Below the pieces are notes generated by a model. The model was not told the DNA's origin and made no database searches. It saw only the letters and a list, made by a program, of their open reading frames with translations. DNA of 64,000 bases, from assembly GCF_018350175.1 (NCBI RefSeq), contig NC_058368.1:219234001-219298000 (forward strand). The letters run 5' to 3'. This DNA is from Felis catus (Eukaryota). Positions 50,152 to 60,840 of this stretch are shown piece by piece (the first letter of the stretch is position 1; each line of letters begins with the position of its first letter). The position numbers were made by a program, and so were the translations under genes.

Positions 50152-51705
50152 AAAAAAATGAGAACTTCTTTTTCTACATACTCTGTAGAAGATAGAAGAG
50201 GTCATTCTAAGCACCAATACAAATGCAAAGATGTGGAAAATAATCTGTTGTTTTTAGTGTATTAAAGAACTGAGGACTCAAGGAAACCTAAATAAATTCT
50301 ACAAAGCTACGAACCCTTCATAAGATAGAGGAGATGATAGAGACAATAGCACAATTCTTGGGTAGAGGAAGAGGAAGAACAGGAATCTTCCATATTTGGT
50401 AGTACAGAGAAACTAGTTATACCTGTCATAGAATGAAATGGTGCCACATGGTCTGACTGTGTATAGGCTGGTGGAATAGATTAAGTTTCTGAGAGACCTC
50501 AGTGATAGAGTAATTATCCCCTTATCCACCTAGTGTATTCCATGGTCCTTCATTGAAAACATGGTAGGAGGTCAAAGAATGGGGGCACATCAGGAAACCT
50601 AAGGGACATCTATTTGGTTTAGGTAAATAGAGACATCTAGTTCTCAGCTACCACAGACTCTGAGGGAAAAAAAAAGCTGAGAGACATCTCTTCTAAGTGT
50701 TCTAGGCTTTCAGTTATCTAGGGCAGGAGGTGGGGGATGGAAGCCTAGAGAAATTCTTCTGGAACATTCAAGGTACTCACAGAGTGATGAAACTGCAAAA
50801 TCTAGGGCCAGGTTATGGGATGTAGAGGTATTTCCTGAGGCTCAGAAAACTGGTGACTCAACTCTAGGGGAGAGAGAACTCCCCTGTGTCCCTAAAATAT
50901 ATCAATGAGTGACTAAGAAGTTTGCCATATTACACATGTATATTCTTAGTATAAATGAATAACTTGGATCTTCGGTCTCTGCTTTTATCCCTCCCTTTCA
51001 CTTTACTCCCCTTTCTTCTGAAACAATTCCATTATTAAACCTGTAGGTATGATTATATCTGGTGTAGAAAAGGCCAAAGCAGCCTGGAGCTCGGCGTTTG
51101 ATGCCCCCAAGTTAATTAGGAGAAAATCCACATGAAAGTGACTAACTAGAATAGGATCTAGAAGTTCAAACTTCTAGGCAGCTTGGTGAGGCAGCTCGGT
51201 GAGGTGAATCAGAAACTGACCTAGGAGAAGAGACTTCACTGTAGGAAACTATAAGATATTTTGGACTGAGGAACTCAGTTGCCCAATTCAGGCCAAGATA
51301 ATATGTTGCAAAGATCCTGAATATAAAACTTAAGAGAGTCAAGTAGATATTTCTAATATATAGTCCAATCTACCATTTCTGTTTGATTGATGCAAAAATT
51401 ATTAGCAATTGCACAGATACCATCATGACTAGCCAACAAACATCTAGAGGAATGCATTGTGCCCATGACTTGAGACGATTTGTATTCCATGTAAGAAAGA
51501 GATAGTGTCATTAGTAACTTCTTTCAGAGTTAGTGACATGTTTCTTAAAATTTTTGTACCCTTGGAAACAATTGTCTGATTATTTTCATAAACAATGAGT
51601 CAATAATTTCCCCCAGACTGGGTGCCTGAATAAACAGGAGAATACTTTTTTTGGAGGTCACGTCTGAGTCAGAATTTCCAGCCTAGGTGATTTATAGAAA
51701 ATGAT

Positions 51706-51832
51706 GGGGCACCTGGGTGGCTCTGTTGGTTAAATGTCTGACTTCAGCTCAGGTCATGATCTCGTGGTCCGTGGGTTTGAGCCCCACGTCCGTCTGTGTG
51801 CTGACAGCTCAGAACTTGGAGCCTGCTATGGA

Positions 51833-51896
<64 letters not shown>

Positions 51897-51972
51897 GTCC
51901 CTCCCCCACTCATGTTGTGTGTCTCTCTCTGTCTCTCAAAAATGAATTAACGCTAAAAAAATGAAAAAAAAT
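51706..51972 (+). mobile_element. Can-SINE (SINEC_Fc type) inside the ERV
   Basis: Full SINE with long (CT)n; short TSD gaaaatga. Confidence 0.96.
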
Positions 51973-52348
51973 GAAAATGAGTAGATAAGGGATTGTAAGT
52001 AAGCAGATGAAAAACAAAAACAAGAATTAGACAGTAATGTTTGTCTTATGTCCTAGGTAGAAGCTATCCACTATCCAAGGTAATCAGCTTATTCCAAAGG
52101 TCTTGGGTCAGTTATCTACTTCTAAAGATTGGCTGCTTTTAGAGGATCGCTGAGAATATTCAATTTGAGGTCAGCTATTGGATTAGCCTTCCTATTGTAT
52201 GTATTTCTGAATTGCTTCATTAATTTTAAATATAAACTCAAGGACTGACTTCCTGGAGGCTCACTGCTGTATCTGTAAACAGTACCTGATAAAGTCTCTT
52301 CTAATGAGGTCCCTTTTGGTTTTTATTTGAAAAAAAAAAAACCTCTTT

Positions 52349-52572
52349 GTTTTGTTTTTAAGTTTATTTATTTATTTTGAGAGAGAGAGAGAGAGCATGA
52401 GAAGAGGGACAGAAAGAGAGGGAGACAGAGGGAGAGAGAGAGAATCCCAAGCAGCTCTATGCTATCAGCATGGAGCCCAATGTGAGGCTTGAACTCCCAA
52501 AATATGAAATCATGACCTGAAATAAAATCAAGAGTTGGACATTTAACCAACTGAGCCACCCAAGCGCCCCCC
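52349..52572 (-). mobile_element. Can-SINE inside the ERV
   Basis: Antisense SINE; TSD aaaaaaacctcttt. Confidence 0.96.
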
Positions 52573-54599
52573 CAAAAAAACCTCTTTAAATAAAATCTCC
52601 TCATTGAGGACAATTACGAGGCTACTTAAGATGATGTAGGAAGATAACCTGTTGGAGATATGATGAGATAGTATATAAATCACTCGTAATTTGCTGCCAC
52701 ATCAATATGCAGCAGGGCAGACTCTAGTATTGGAGGTAAAATTTCTTAACACACAGACCTTCCAGTTATTAGTTCATAGTAGGATACATGATGTGTTCTG
52801 AAGAAAGTAAACAGTACAACCACAGGGCTATATTCGGGTTCCCAGATGAGGGAGTGTATTACTAAAAGCTTAGTCAATTAATAAAGAATTGCCACAATTG
52901 CAATAAAAATCAGCACCCCATTGTCTGAAATATCCAGCTACACTTATAAATACTTTCCATTGTCATTTTGTGAGGGGTCTCTAATAAGTTTGGATAGTAT
53001 GTAGTTTGTTAGGAGAGATTAGCTTTCGCTCCATAGACAGGCAATTTCCTAAATAGTAAACTATTTTAGCAAAATTATAATTTACTCTTTGTAACTTTCT
53101 CCCATAGCTCAGAACAAGTAAATGGATTTCTACTTTTACAGATTACTTTGTTTCTGAAAAATGTAGAAGGTCTTCTATATGGTTTATTGGAACTCATCCA
53201 AAAGGGTAATTTGAATATTTTACATATTTATTGAGGACTTTGGAAAAATAGGAAAGGGTTTTGATGAACCTCTTGAGCATGTTTGGCCAGGTATATTGTT
53301 ATCCTCCCCAGGTTAAGACAAAAGGTATTGACTCTCCTAGTTTAGGGGTGCATTGAATAGAGACAAATCAAAGATCTAGTACAGGGAAGACCCAGGAAGA
53401 ACTAATGATAGGATGGATGTGGGTTAGGTTCTACTGGGAAGTGATGGTTAAGAATTTTGTTGATAGCCCTAAGATCTTGAACCAGATGATCCATGTCTTT
53501 GTCCATTTGATTTCTTTACTGGTAGGATGGGAGGGGTCAACAAAACATGTGCAGGGTGTTAAAAGGCCTTTGGAGATAAAGTCTTCAACTATAGGTGTAA
53601 GTTCTTCCTTTGTGTCTGGCTTTAACGGATATTAGAGAATTTTGTGTAATGGCTTGGTGGGGTCTATCTGAACTTTAATAGATTCTCTTCCAATTATTTT
53701 TTTTCCTATGTCACTGGAAGTTTTCACCCATAGCTTGTCAGTTTTGGTGTCAAATATTTATCTGGAGTTGCATCAAATATAATGGAGAAGGCTAAAGTAT
53801 ACCCAGAGCAGGCATAACTTGATCGTGAATAGAAGTGTCCTTTGGAAGCTTGAAAAATAGTTTCTCCTAATGTGCACTTAACACCACGATTCCATTTACA
53901 AAGTTTTTCCCTATTAAATTTGCAGGGATGGAATCACAGAATAGAAAGATTTTTTTTTTTCCAGTTAATGACCCAAGGGTTACAGTTAATGGCTTAGAGG
54001 TAGGAAAAATTTTGGGGTTATTTGAAATACCTACTGCCTCTGTGATATGTATACTCTTAGGGAAAAGTTGATTAAAAGTGACAGGTTTTAATGTACAAAG
54101 AGTAGTGCCCATATCCCCTAGGAAATAATGAGATTGACTTTCTGTGTTTAATTCACCTTGACTATTTAAAGGTAAAGCACAATATTAGATGCTTTTCCTA
54201 CCTTGGAGAATTTCATTGATCTGAATTGAGGGCTTTTCCTGTATCTTGGTTTTCTTTTTGTAAGATGGGTTGACTTTTTCCAGTGTCCCTTACAATATCT
54301 ACAAGTGTCTGCCAATAGGTGGTAAGGGAAGTGGGCCACCTAATTGTTTGATCTGCAGAGCCATAAGTCCACTTTGGATCCTGTCTTTTTTGTTGTTGCT
54401 CTAAAGTCTTTTGAAAATGTTCTGCCAGGTGTTGTATTTCAGGTAGTGGGACTATATCTTTTTTAACGTCTGTTTTCAATTTTACTCTTAAGGCCTTCAA
54501 GGGATTGGATGAGAATGCTGGGGACATGTCAAAAGACATAGAAGCTAGCTTAAATGTATTCCCACTGGTAGCCAAATCTGGGACAATATGAACAGCACA

Positions 54600-55970
54600 T
54601 AACTAATGATAGTTACCAGTTATAATCTATTGAATAAATGGGAATCCATGAGCTCACAAATATAAATAAATTAATGAATGAGGTAAAATTTTGATATTTA
54701 CATAGCAGAGAGGCCTCACAAATACCTCCCAATCAAGTTAGCAAAGTTCACATCACCCACTTTGGGACATTTTTTAATGTGCTCCCTGATAGAACACGAT
54801 GAAAATGTTTCATCACTTCTGCTGAATTTGATCATAAGAATATCAGATGAATCCAAATTGAAGGGCAATCTATGAAATATCTGTCCATTAACCCTCAAAA
54901 ATGTTTATGTCCTGAAATTCAAAGAAAGATGGAGGCATTATTCTAAATAGAGACTAAAACAAAGTAACATGTGAGTCTGAATAGAATCTTTTTTTTTTTT
55001 TTGTAATGACAATTAGTGAAGCTTGAATATATTCTGAAGATTAGGTGGTAGAAATGTAATAAATTAATTTCCTGATTTTGATGTTTGTATTGTGGTTCTA
55101 TGGGAGAATATCTTTGTTATAAAAACTGCACACTCAAGTACTGGGTGGTGATAGGGCATCATGTCTACAACATACTCTCTAGTAGTTCAGGAAGAAAATT
55201 CTTTGTATTATATTTAAAAATCTCTGCAGTTTGAGAATATTTCAAAATTGAAATAAAATTCAAATAATGAGAAACAAGGAATTGAAGGATATACAAGAAA
55301 ACAATAGGCCTCTCCAGTATCCAAACATCAATGTTACGAAGTACAAGCCAATCAAATAAAATGCATGATTCTGAATGGGGAGAAAAACAAAAAAGGGTTG
55401 ATGCTACAAAAGACAGTACTGCAAAAAAGAACATAATTATAATATGGATAAGTTTAAATAATATTAAATTTTCTTTTTTTATGTGTATTTATTTTTGAGG
55501 GAGGGGTGTGGGGGGTGGGGGGAGAGGGCCAGAGAGAGAGGAAGACACAGAAACTGAAGCAGGCTCCAGACTCTGAGCTGTGAGCACAGAGCCTGATGTG
55601 GGACTTGAACCCACCAACTGTGAGATCATGACCTGAGCCAAAGTCAGAGGCTTAACCAACTGAGCCACCCAGACTGAGGTACCCAGGAGCCCCCAATATT
55701 AAATTTTCTGAATTTTATCCTTGTTCTGCAGGTTTGTAGCAGGATATCCTCATTATTAAGAAATGCATGTGCAAGAATTTAAGAAGATGGTTCATGGTCT
55801 CTGCAACTTACTTGCCAATTTTTCAGAAAAAAATAATGTAAAAAGCACAGTATAGATGAAATTTAGGAAGAATCTATGAACTTAGGTAAAGGAATTATAA
55901 GAGCTATTTGAAATACTTTTGCAAATATTATGAAGGTCTGATGTTCTTCAAATTAAAAATATAATTAAAA
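54600..55970 (+). mobile_element. L1MC3/4-like 3' UTR fragments (two 3' ends), SINE inserted
   Basis: 'atgggaatccatgag', 'gatgaatccaaattgaagggc', 'aatttcctgattttgatg', 'gggcatcatgtctacaac'; second terminus 'gtctctgcaacttac...aaattaaaaa'. Confidence 0.7.
55475..55694 (-). mobile_element. Can-SINE (SINEC_Fc type) with small insertion in the head
   Basis: Exact 15-bp TSD aatattaaattttct; 'gagccacccag-actgaggtacccag-gagcccc'. Confidence 0.96.
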
Positions 55971-56330
55971 ATAAGTTGCTAGGAAATAGAAACGGAATGC
56001 AATTTCCTACTCACACAGCAAACTAAGAACAATTTTAATAATAATTCTCAGGGCCCATATGAAGATAGCTAAAAAGACTTTAGTAGGAGGGATAATAGTC
56101 TGAGAAAAATAGAGAAAGTACTAAACCACAATAGTAATCACCAAAAAATATGAAGATGGAAATGAGATTGCCTTTTTGTCCACCAGTTTGGAAACTAAAT
56201 CACAAAATAATATTCACAAGTAGTATAAGTGTAGGAGAATTGGGCTCTTTTACACAATTTCAGGGGTTTTATAAATTGGTTTAACCATTCTTTAGAGTAA
56301 TACCATGACATAATTAAACACATAGTAATA

Positions 56331-56927
56331 TGATACAGAAAAGATAGGATATAAAAGGCAGAGAGGGAAAGATTAGGACCTAAAACCCCTGGGTAGGGAG
56401 AAACACATATTTTGGAACAGTGTTGGGAGCATCTAACCACAGCAAATGGCCTCTGGCATAAGGTCCCTCTTAAGAATGTAACAGACACCACCTATTCCTC
56501 CTGGGGCTCCCCTCAGGAATTTGACAAAGGACCTGACTAAAAATAAGTTGACCAGAAAACATGTGACCCACGAGGAATGGTATGGCCATAGACCGCCCCT
56601 CATACAATGGAAATGAGCCAATCAGGAATGGACAACCCAGCACCTGGAGCTATCAAGCAAATAAGGGTAGAACCTGAGAAGGAATAAGGGCGAAGAGAAG
56701 GGGAGGGGTGACCAGAACCTTTTAAAACAAAGACCCTTACCTACTGTTGCAGGTGTTTACCTTCAAATGCCCCCTGTCTGTAAACAGAGCTTTCATACTA
56801 TCTTCCTTTCTAATCTTATACTCTAATGAACTTTTGCCTGTTGTTCATTTTGTGTCTACTTCTTTAGTCTTCGAAGCAGTGACACAATGAACCCAGGGTA
56901 TTGAGGTAAAAAAAAAATCCTGCAACA
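56331..56927 (+). mobile_element. Solo LTR, ERV1-like (copy B; same family as 3122-3696)
   Basis: TG...CA ends ('tgatacag'...'tgcaaca'); CCAAT at 56618; poly(A) signal reads AATGAA at 56825; colinear with copy A. Confidence 0.87.
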
Positions 56928-56928
56928 G

Positions 56929-57410
56929 TGTAGAAATCCTGGTTTTTCAAACCCTTTGAAGTGCTATGAAGTCACCTGTTTTCTGGTAGATCTGTTCTCC
57001 TGTCCTTCCCACACTTTACTCAGGGAGGTTGAATCAAGGAGTAACATTGATAGGAGATTTCAGGCAGAGTAGCAAGAGTGTTTCTACCCTTAAATCTGAC
57101 TGAAAATCTCTGTAGCTGCACATCCTTCTTGTGCTGTCCAGCTGTGATTCCAGATCCACACCCCTCCCCCATCCAGCAGCCATCCTCTATTCTTGGGTGG
57201 AAGTAACACTATCTCCTCTTTTGTCCTTTAAATCCAAGTGGAGATAAGAGCTTCAAGATGGTGCTAATTCTTGAGTTGCTTTACTGTCCCATTTGTCTTT
57301 CAAAACAGGTTATTGAAAATAGATTTGTAACTAGTTCCTCATTTTGGATGGCCTCTATTAAACCACCTGGCATGAGTTTTGTTTCACGGATGGGATCTTA
57401 ATTGATCTAA
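56929..57410 (+). mobile_element. LTR33-like ERVL LTR
   Basis: 'gtaacactatctcctcttttgtcctttaaatccaagtggagataagagcttc...tgctaattcttgagttgc...tttgtaactagttcctcatt...gggatcttaattgat' resembles the LTR33 3' half. Confidence 0.55.
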
Positions 57411-57999
57411 GTATAAATCCTACCTATAGAACTGCATCCTAAAGACATAATTTGCTAAGCATCAGAGGACAAGTTTACTCACAGTCCTTTGAAATAATAA
57501 AGTGTGTAGGAAGCATTTAAATATCCAAAAGTAGTTGATTGGGCAAATATATAACTCAATCATATTAGGCAACACGATGTAGCTACCTAAAATTCTGCTT
57601 TATATTTCTTATATTTTGGAAAGTCGTTTAATTCATGAAGTGTAGTGAAAACAACTAGTTTTATCCAAATTTTATAATATCCTGAAATGAACAACTAGAA
57701 TAAACTTTATATCATTGATTTTTTTTTCTAATTCTTAGGATTATAGATTATTGTGAGTTATTTCTTTTATTTTTCATGTTTTTCAAAGAATATATTAATT
57801 CTATGTCATAAACTTTATTTAAAGGAAAGCTTCGAGGCGATGCTAATGAGAACACTTATGAAGTAATTTATACTTCCTCTGCAGAGGGCTACCTTTGCAT
57901 TCTGTTAAGGAGCTGGATAATATTCATTAAAGTGAAGCCACCATTGAAGATATGTCAACATCAAACATGTTTTTCTTTTCTGATACATGAAATTGATTA

Positions 58000-58868
58000 C
58001 CTCCTATCTTTATTATTCATGGATTCTGTATTTATAAATTTGCCTACTCACTAAGATATATTTAGAATCCTCAAATCAATAATCATGGTGCTTTCTCCAT
58101 CATTCATGAATATGCACAGACAAGTGAAAAAATCTGAGTCACCTGAAATATGTGATTCTGCTGAGGTTGAACAAGATGAAGTCCTGCCTTCTTACATCAG
58201 TTCTCATATTAAATGTGTTCTTTCTGTGGTTTATTTAGTACCACAATTTTTTTTTATTTTTATATATATTTTTAGGTGATTTCATTGTTTAAAATTTCCC
58301 CCAAGCATGGGGCACATGGGTGGCTCAGTTGGTTAACTGTTTGACTCTTGATTGTGGCTTGGGTCATGATCTCACGGTTCATGAGTTCAAGCCCCATATC
58401 TGGCTCTGACAGCATGGAGCCTGCTTGGGATTCTCTCTCTTTCCTCTCTCTACCCGACCCCTGCTCCCTCTCCCCTCTCTCTCAAAAAATAAATTTAAAA
58501 AATTAGAAAAAAATTTCCCCCAAGCATACTGCTGGAATGCTGTCTAGTGTTCCTATATATAAGAAGGCTGTGATGTTTCATATTAAGAAAATATGTGTGT
58601 TAGATAAGATTGGTTCAGCCATGAATTATAATGCTGTTGGGTATGAGTTCAGTGTTAATGATTCAGCAATATGTTTTAAATAAGTTGCCTTTAAACAGAA
58701 ACACACATAAAATAAAGTTATGTATGATTGGTGATGAAAATATTGTGACCAGAGGCTTATAGGAAACACAGCCTGTATCTTCCCGAAGAGTGGTGGTTCG
58801 GTATTCACTAACTCAGTGTTTGTGAGTAATTTATAGACCATAACTTATTACAAATACAAATGACTACC
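58000..58868 (+). mobile_element. MER82 (TcMar-Tigger) DNA transposon interrupted by a SINE
   Basis: 'attattcatggattctgtatttataaatttgcctactcactaa...ctgaggttgaacaagatg...aaacagaaacacacataaaa...tgtgaccagaggct' matches recalled MER82 along its length. Confidence 0.85.
58309..58509 (+). mobile_element. Can-SINE inside MER82
   Basis: Exact 18-bp TSD aaaatttcccccaagcat. Confidence 0.97.
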
Positions 58869-59429
58869 TTGTAGTTAGTTATCTAAATAATTTCTATATC
58901 ACTTTGAAATACCTTTATAACTTACCCACAACTGTTTCGGCAAATGTCAGTTTTTTACAGCCATAGTTTCTGAAACATTCTTTGGAGTCCTAATGTTTTA
59001 TCATGGCCCTTTAGTAGGTGTCTTTGTGTGGAACAAGGGAGAAAGATCATAGCATACAGTCTCTGCATCCTCGACCCCAATCTATCAGAACTTTATCTGT
59101 TATACATGTTGAGATTCATTCAGGATCTTATTTTTACAGTTTCAGCTGATAAAATAGAAAAGGAAAAGAAAACCACATGTCTAAATCTTAAGTCAATAAA
59201 TGATGACAATAATGATGATAATTCTTAAGTTATTAATATTGTTATTGTTTTATTTGAAACATAGATAATTTAAAAGTGGAGCATGGTTTAAGTCAAACAA
59301 TAAAATCCTAGATGCTAAGTAATTATAACTATATATTAGAAAAGGCAAGCCTTTTACTGCATTGAATTTTTTAAGTAATTGGCAAATTTCTTCAAAATTA
59401 ACATATATTAATTCAATATTTTAAGGAAA

Positions 59430-59960
59430 TAATTAGGTCTTGAGCTAGAATACTGGCAGTGGTAATGAAGAGAAAAGTGATTATAATGATTTGCATCCGG
59501 AAAGGAGACGCCTGGCAACTTTTGGACAGGGGAGGGATACTTCACATGAAGGCTATGTAAAGGTCACTCAGAGATGGCCTCAAGCCAAAACAATTGATGT
59601 AGTGGGAGGACACAGGGTCGGCGGGGTGAAACAGACAAGGTTGGCCCCAAGAAACATACATAAAAGAGAAGAAACATACCTGATCCAGGTGAGAAAGTAT
59701 TTTTTAATTAATATGTGCAATTAGTTGTTCAAATGTAAAAATTCATAGAGATGTTCAGAAGGTAATTGGAAACAAGAATTGGAGGTAAAGAGGGAAGGCG
59801 ATGATGAACATATTTTTTGAGATTTCTACAGCTTAGAGATACTAATAACCTATGTTGAGCAATGTCAGTTAGTTTTATAATTAGGATAAAAATTCTTCGG
59901 AAGAATAGGTTTTATTCTTGAAATGTAAAGGAAATGTGACTGACGATTAAATGTCCGCAA
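59430..59960 (-). mobile_element. Possible L2 fragments
   Basis: 'ggtcttgagctagaatactggcagtggtaatgaagag' and 'agagatgttcagaaggtaattggaaacaagaattggagg' are L2-like antisense. Confidence 0.45.
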
Positions 59961-60315
59961 AGGTAGCCTGTCATATTTGAGTTTCCCCTGGAGTGAAAAA
60001 AAGAAATGATCCTGTCTCAGTGTGAGGTCCCTCACATCTCATTCCTGACAACTCTACTAAATGTTTCACAGGGTAAACACACATCACAAGTTTCTCTCCT
60101 TTTAGTGAAAGAAAAAGAGAAAAAAAATTGATGATACCACAAAAAAAAGACAAATACCTGGAAGACCTTAATAATAAGTCAAAATTTCATCCCCAAATAC
60201 ATCTGTATTGGGAGTTCTTTGTTCTTTCTCACTCACTTTCTATATGCCATAATTAAAAAACTGATACCTAAGAAAATGTATAGCAAAAACTATTCATTTC
60301 ATTGAACTATGGTAT

Positions 60316-60417
60316 GTGTGTGTATGAATATATATATATATATGAATATATATATATGAATATATATATGAATATATATATATTCATATATATATGAATA
60401 TATATATATTCATATAT
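60316..60417. repeat. (TA)n/(TATATGAA) repeat containing a 54-bp perfect palindrome
   Basis: 60364-60417 equals its own reverse complement. Confidence 0.92.
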
Positions 60418-60579
60418 CAGATTAAATTCCAGTTGCAAGGTAATAGAAAAAAATGATGTAGACTCTGGCCTCAAAATTCTATGTCTTGTGGGAAGGAAGA
60501 CAATCAACCAAATATTGGAGTATGGTGTCAAACAATGGAAATTTTTTCATAGAGTGTGTGGCAAAAAAGAAATGGCTTA

Positions 60580-60840
60580 GGGGCGCCTGGGTGGCGCAGT
60601 CGGTTAAGCGTCCGACTTCAGCCAGGTCACGATCTCGCGGTCCAGGAGTTCGAGCCCCACGTCAGGCTCTGGGCTGATGGCTCAGAGCCTGGAGCCTGTT
60701 TCTGATTCTGTGTCTCCCTCTCTCTCTCTGCCCCTCCCCCGTTCATGCTCTGTCTCTCTCTGTCCCAAAAATAAATAAAAAACGTTGAAAATTTTTTTTA
60801 AAAAAAATAAATAAAATAAATTAAAAAAAAGAAAAAAAAG
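60580..60840 (+). mobile_element. Young felid SINEC_Fc-type SINE
   Basis: CpG-rich 'ggggcgcctgggtggcgcagtcggttaagcgtccgacttcagccaggtcacgatctcgcgg'; B box 'gttcgagccc'; long A tail; exact TSD aaagaaatggctta. Confidence 0.98.

Larger units (their letters stand above)
51240..54590 (-). mobile_element. Decayed class I (gamma/epsilon-like) ERV internal region: gag C-terminus, pro, RT, IN C-terminus, env TM; two SINE insertions
   Basis: Minus-strand motifs in retroviral order: gag 'LPEIQHLAEHFQKTLE' (~54430); protease 'FLGDMGTTLCTL...ANLIGKNF' (54125-53900); RT '*YPLKP', 'PILPVKK', 'LVQDLRAINK', 'AGYFRQWV' (53635-52910); IN 'YQVLFTDTAVSLQEVSP*VYI' (~52290-52230); env TM 'LLASHDGICAIANNFC' (~51440-51390). 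All disrupted. Confidence 0.88.

Noticed and set aside
51240..51620. Domesticated env (syncytin-like) gene
   Set aside because: Only a frameshifted TM remnant remains; no SU, signal peptide or open frame
53867..54575. Functional gag (120 aa) or protease (81 aa) ORFs
   Set aside because: Short open stretches in a decayed ERV; catalytic DTG altered, with stops and frameshifts around them
3122..56927. A single 53-kb provirus or composite element bounded by the two related LTRs
   Set aside because: No PBS or PPT next to the LTRs, no shared outer TSD, substantial divergence, and the interval is ordinary old genomic DNA
12668..60677. Recurrent 60-80 aa ORFs of the 'MAQSVK.LTSAQV..' type (12668, 20169, 23722, 35579, 43879, 49919, 51717, 52368, 60486)
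   Set aside because: They look like a protein family but are translations of Can-SINE copies with TSDs and A tails
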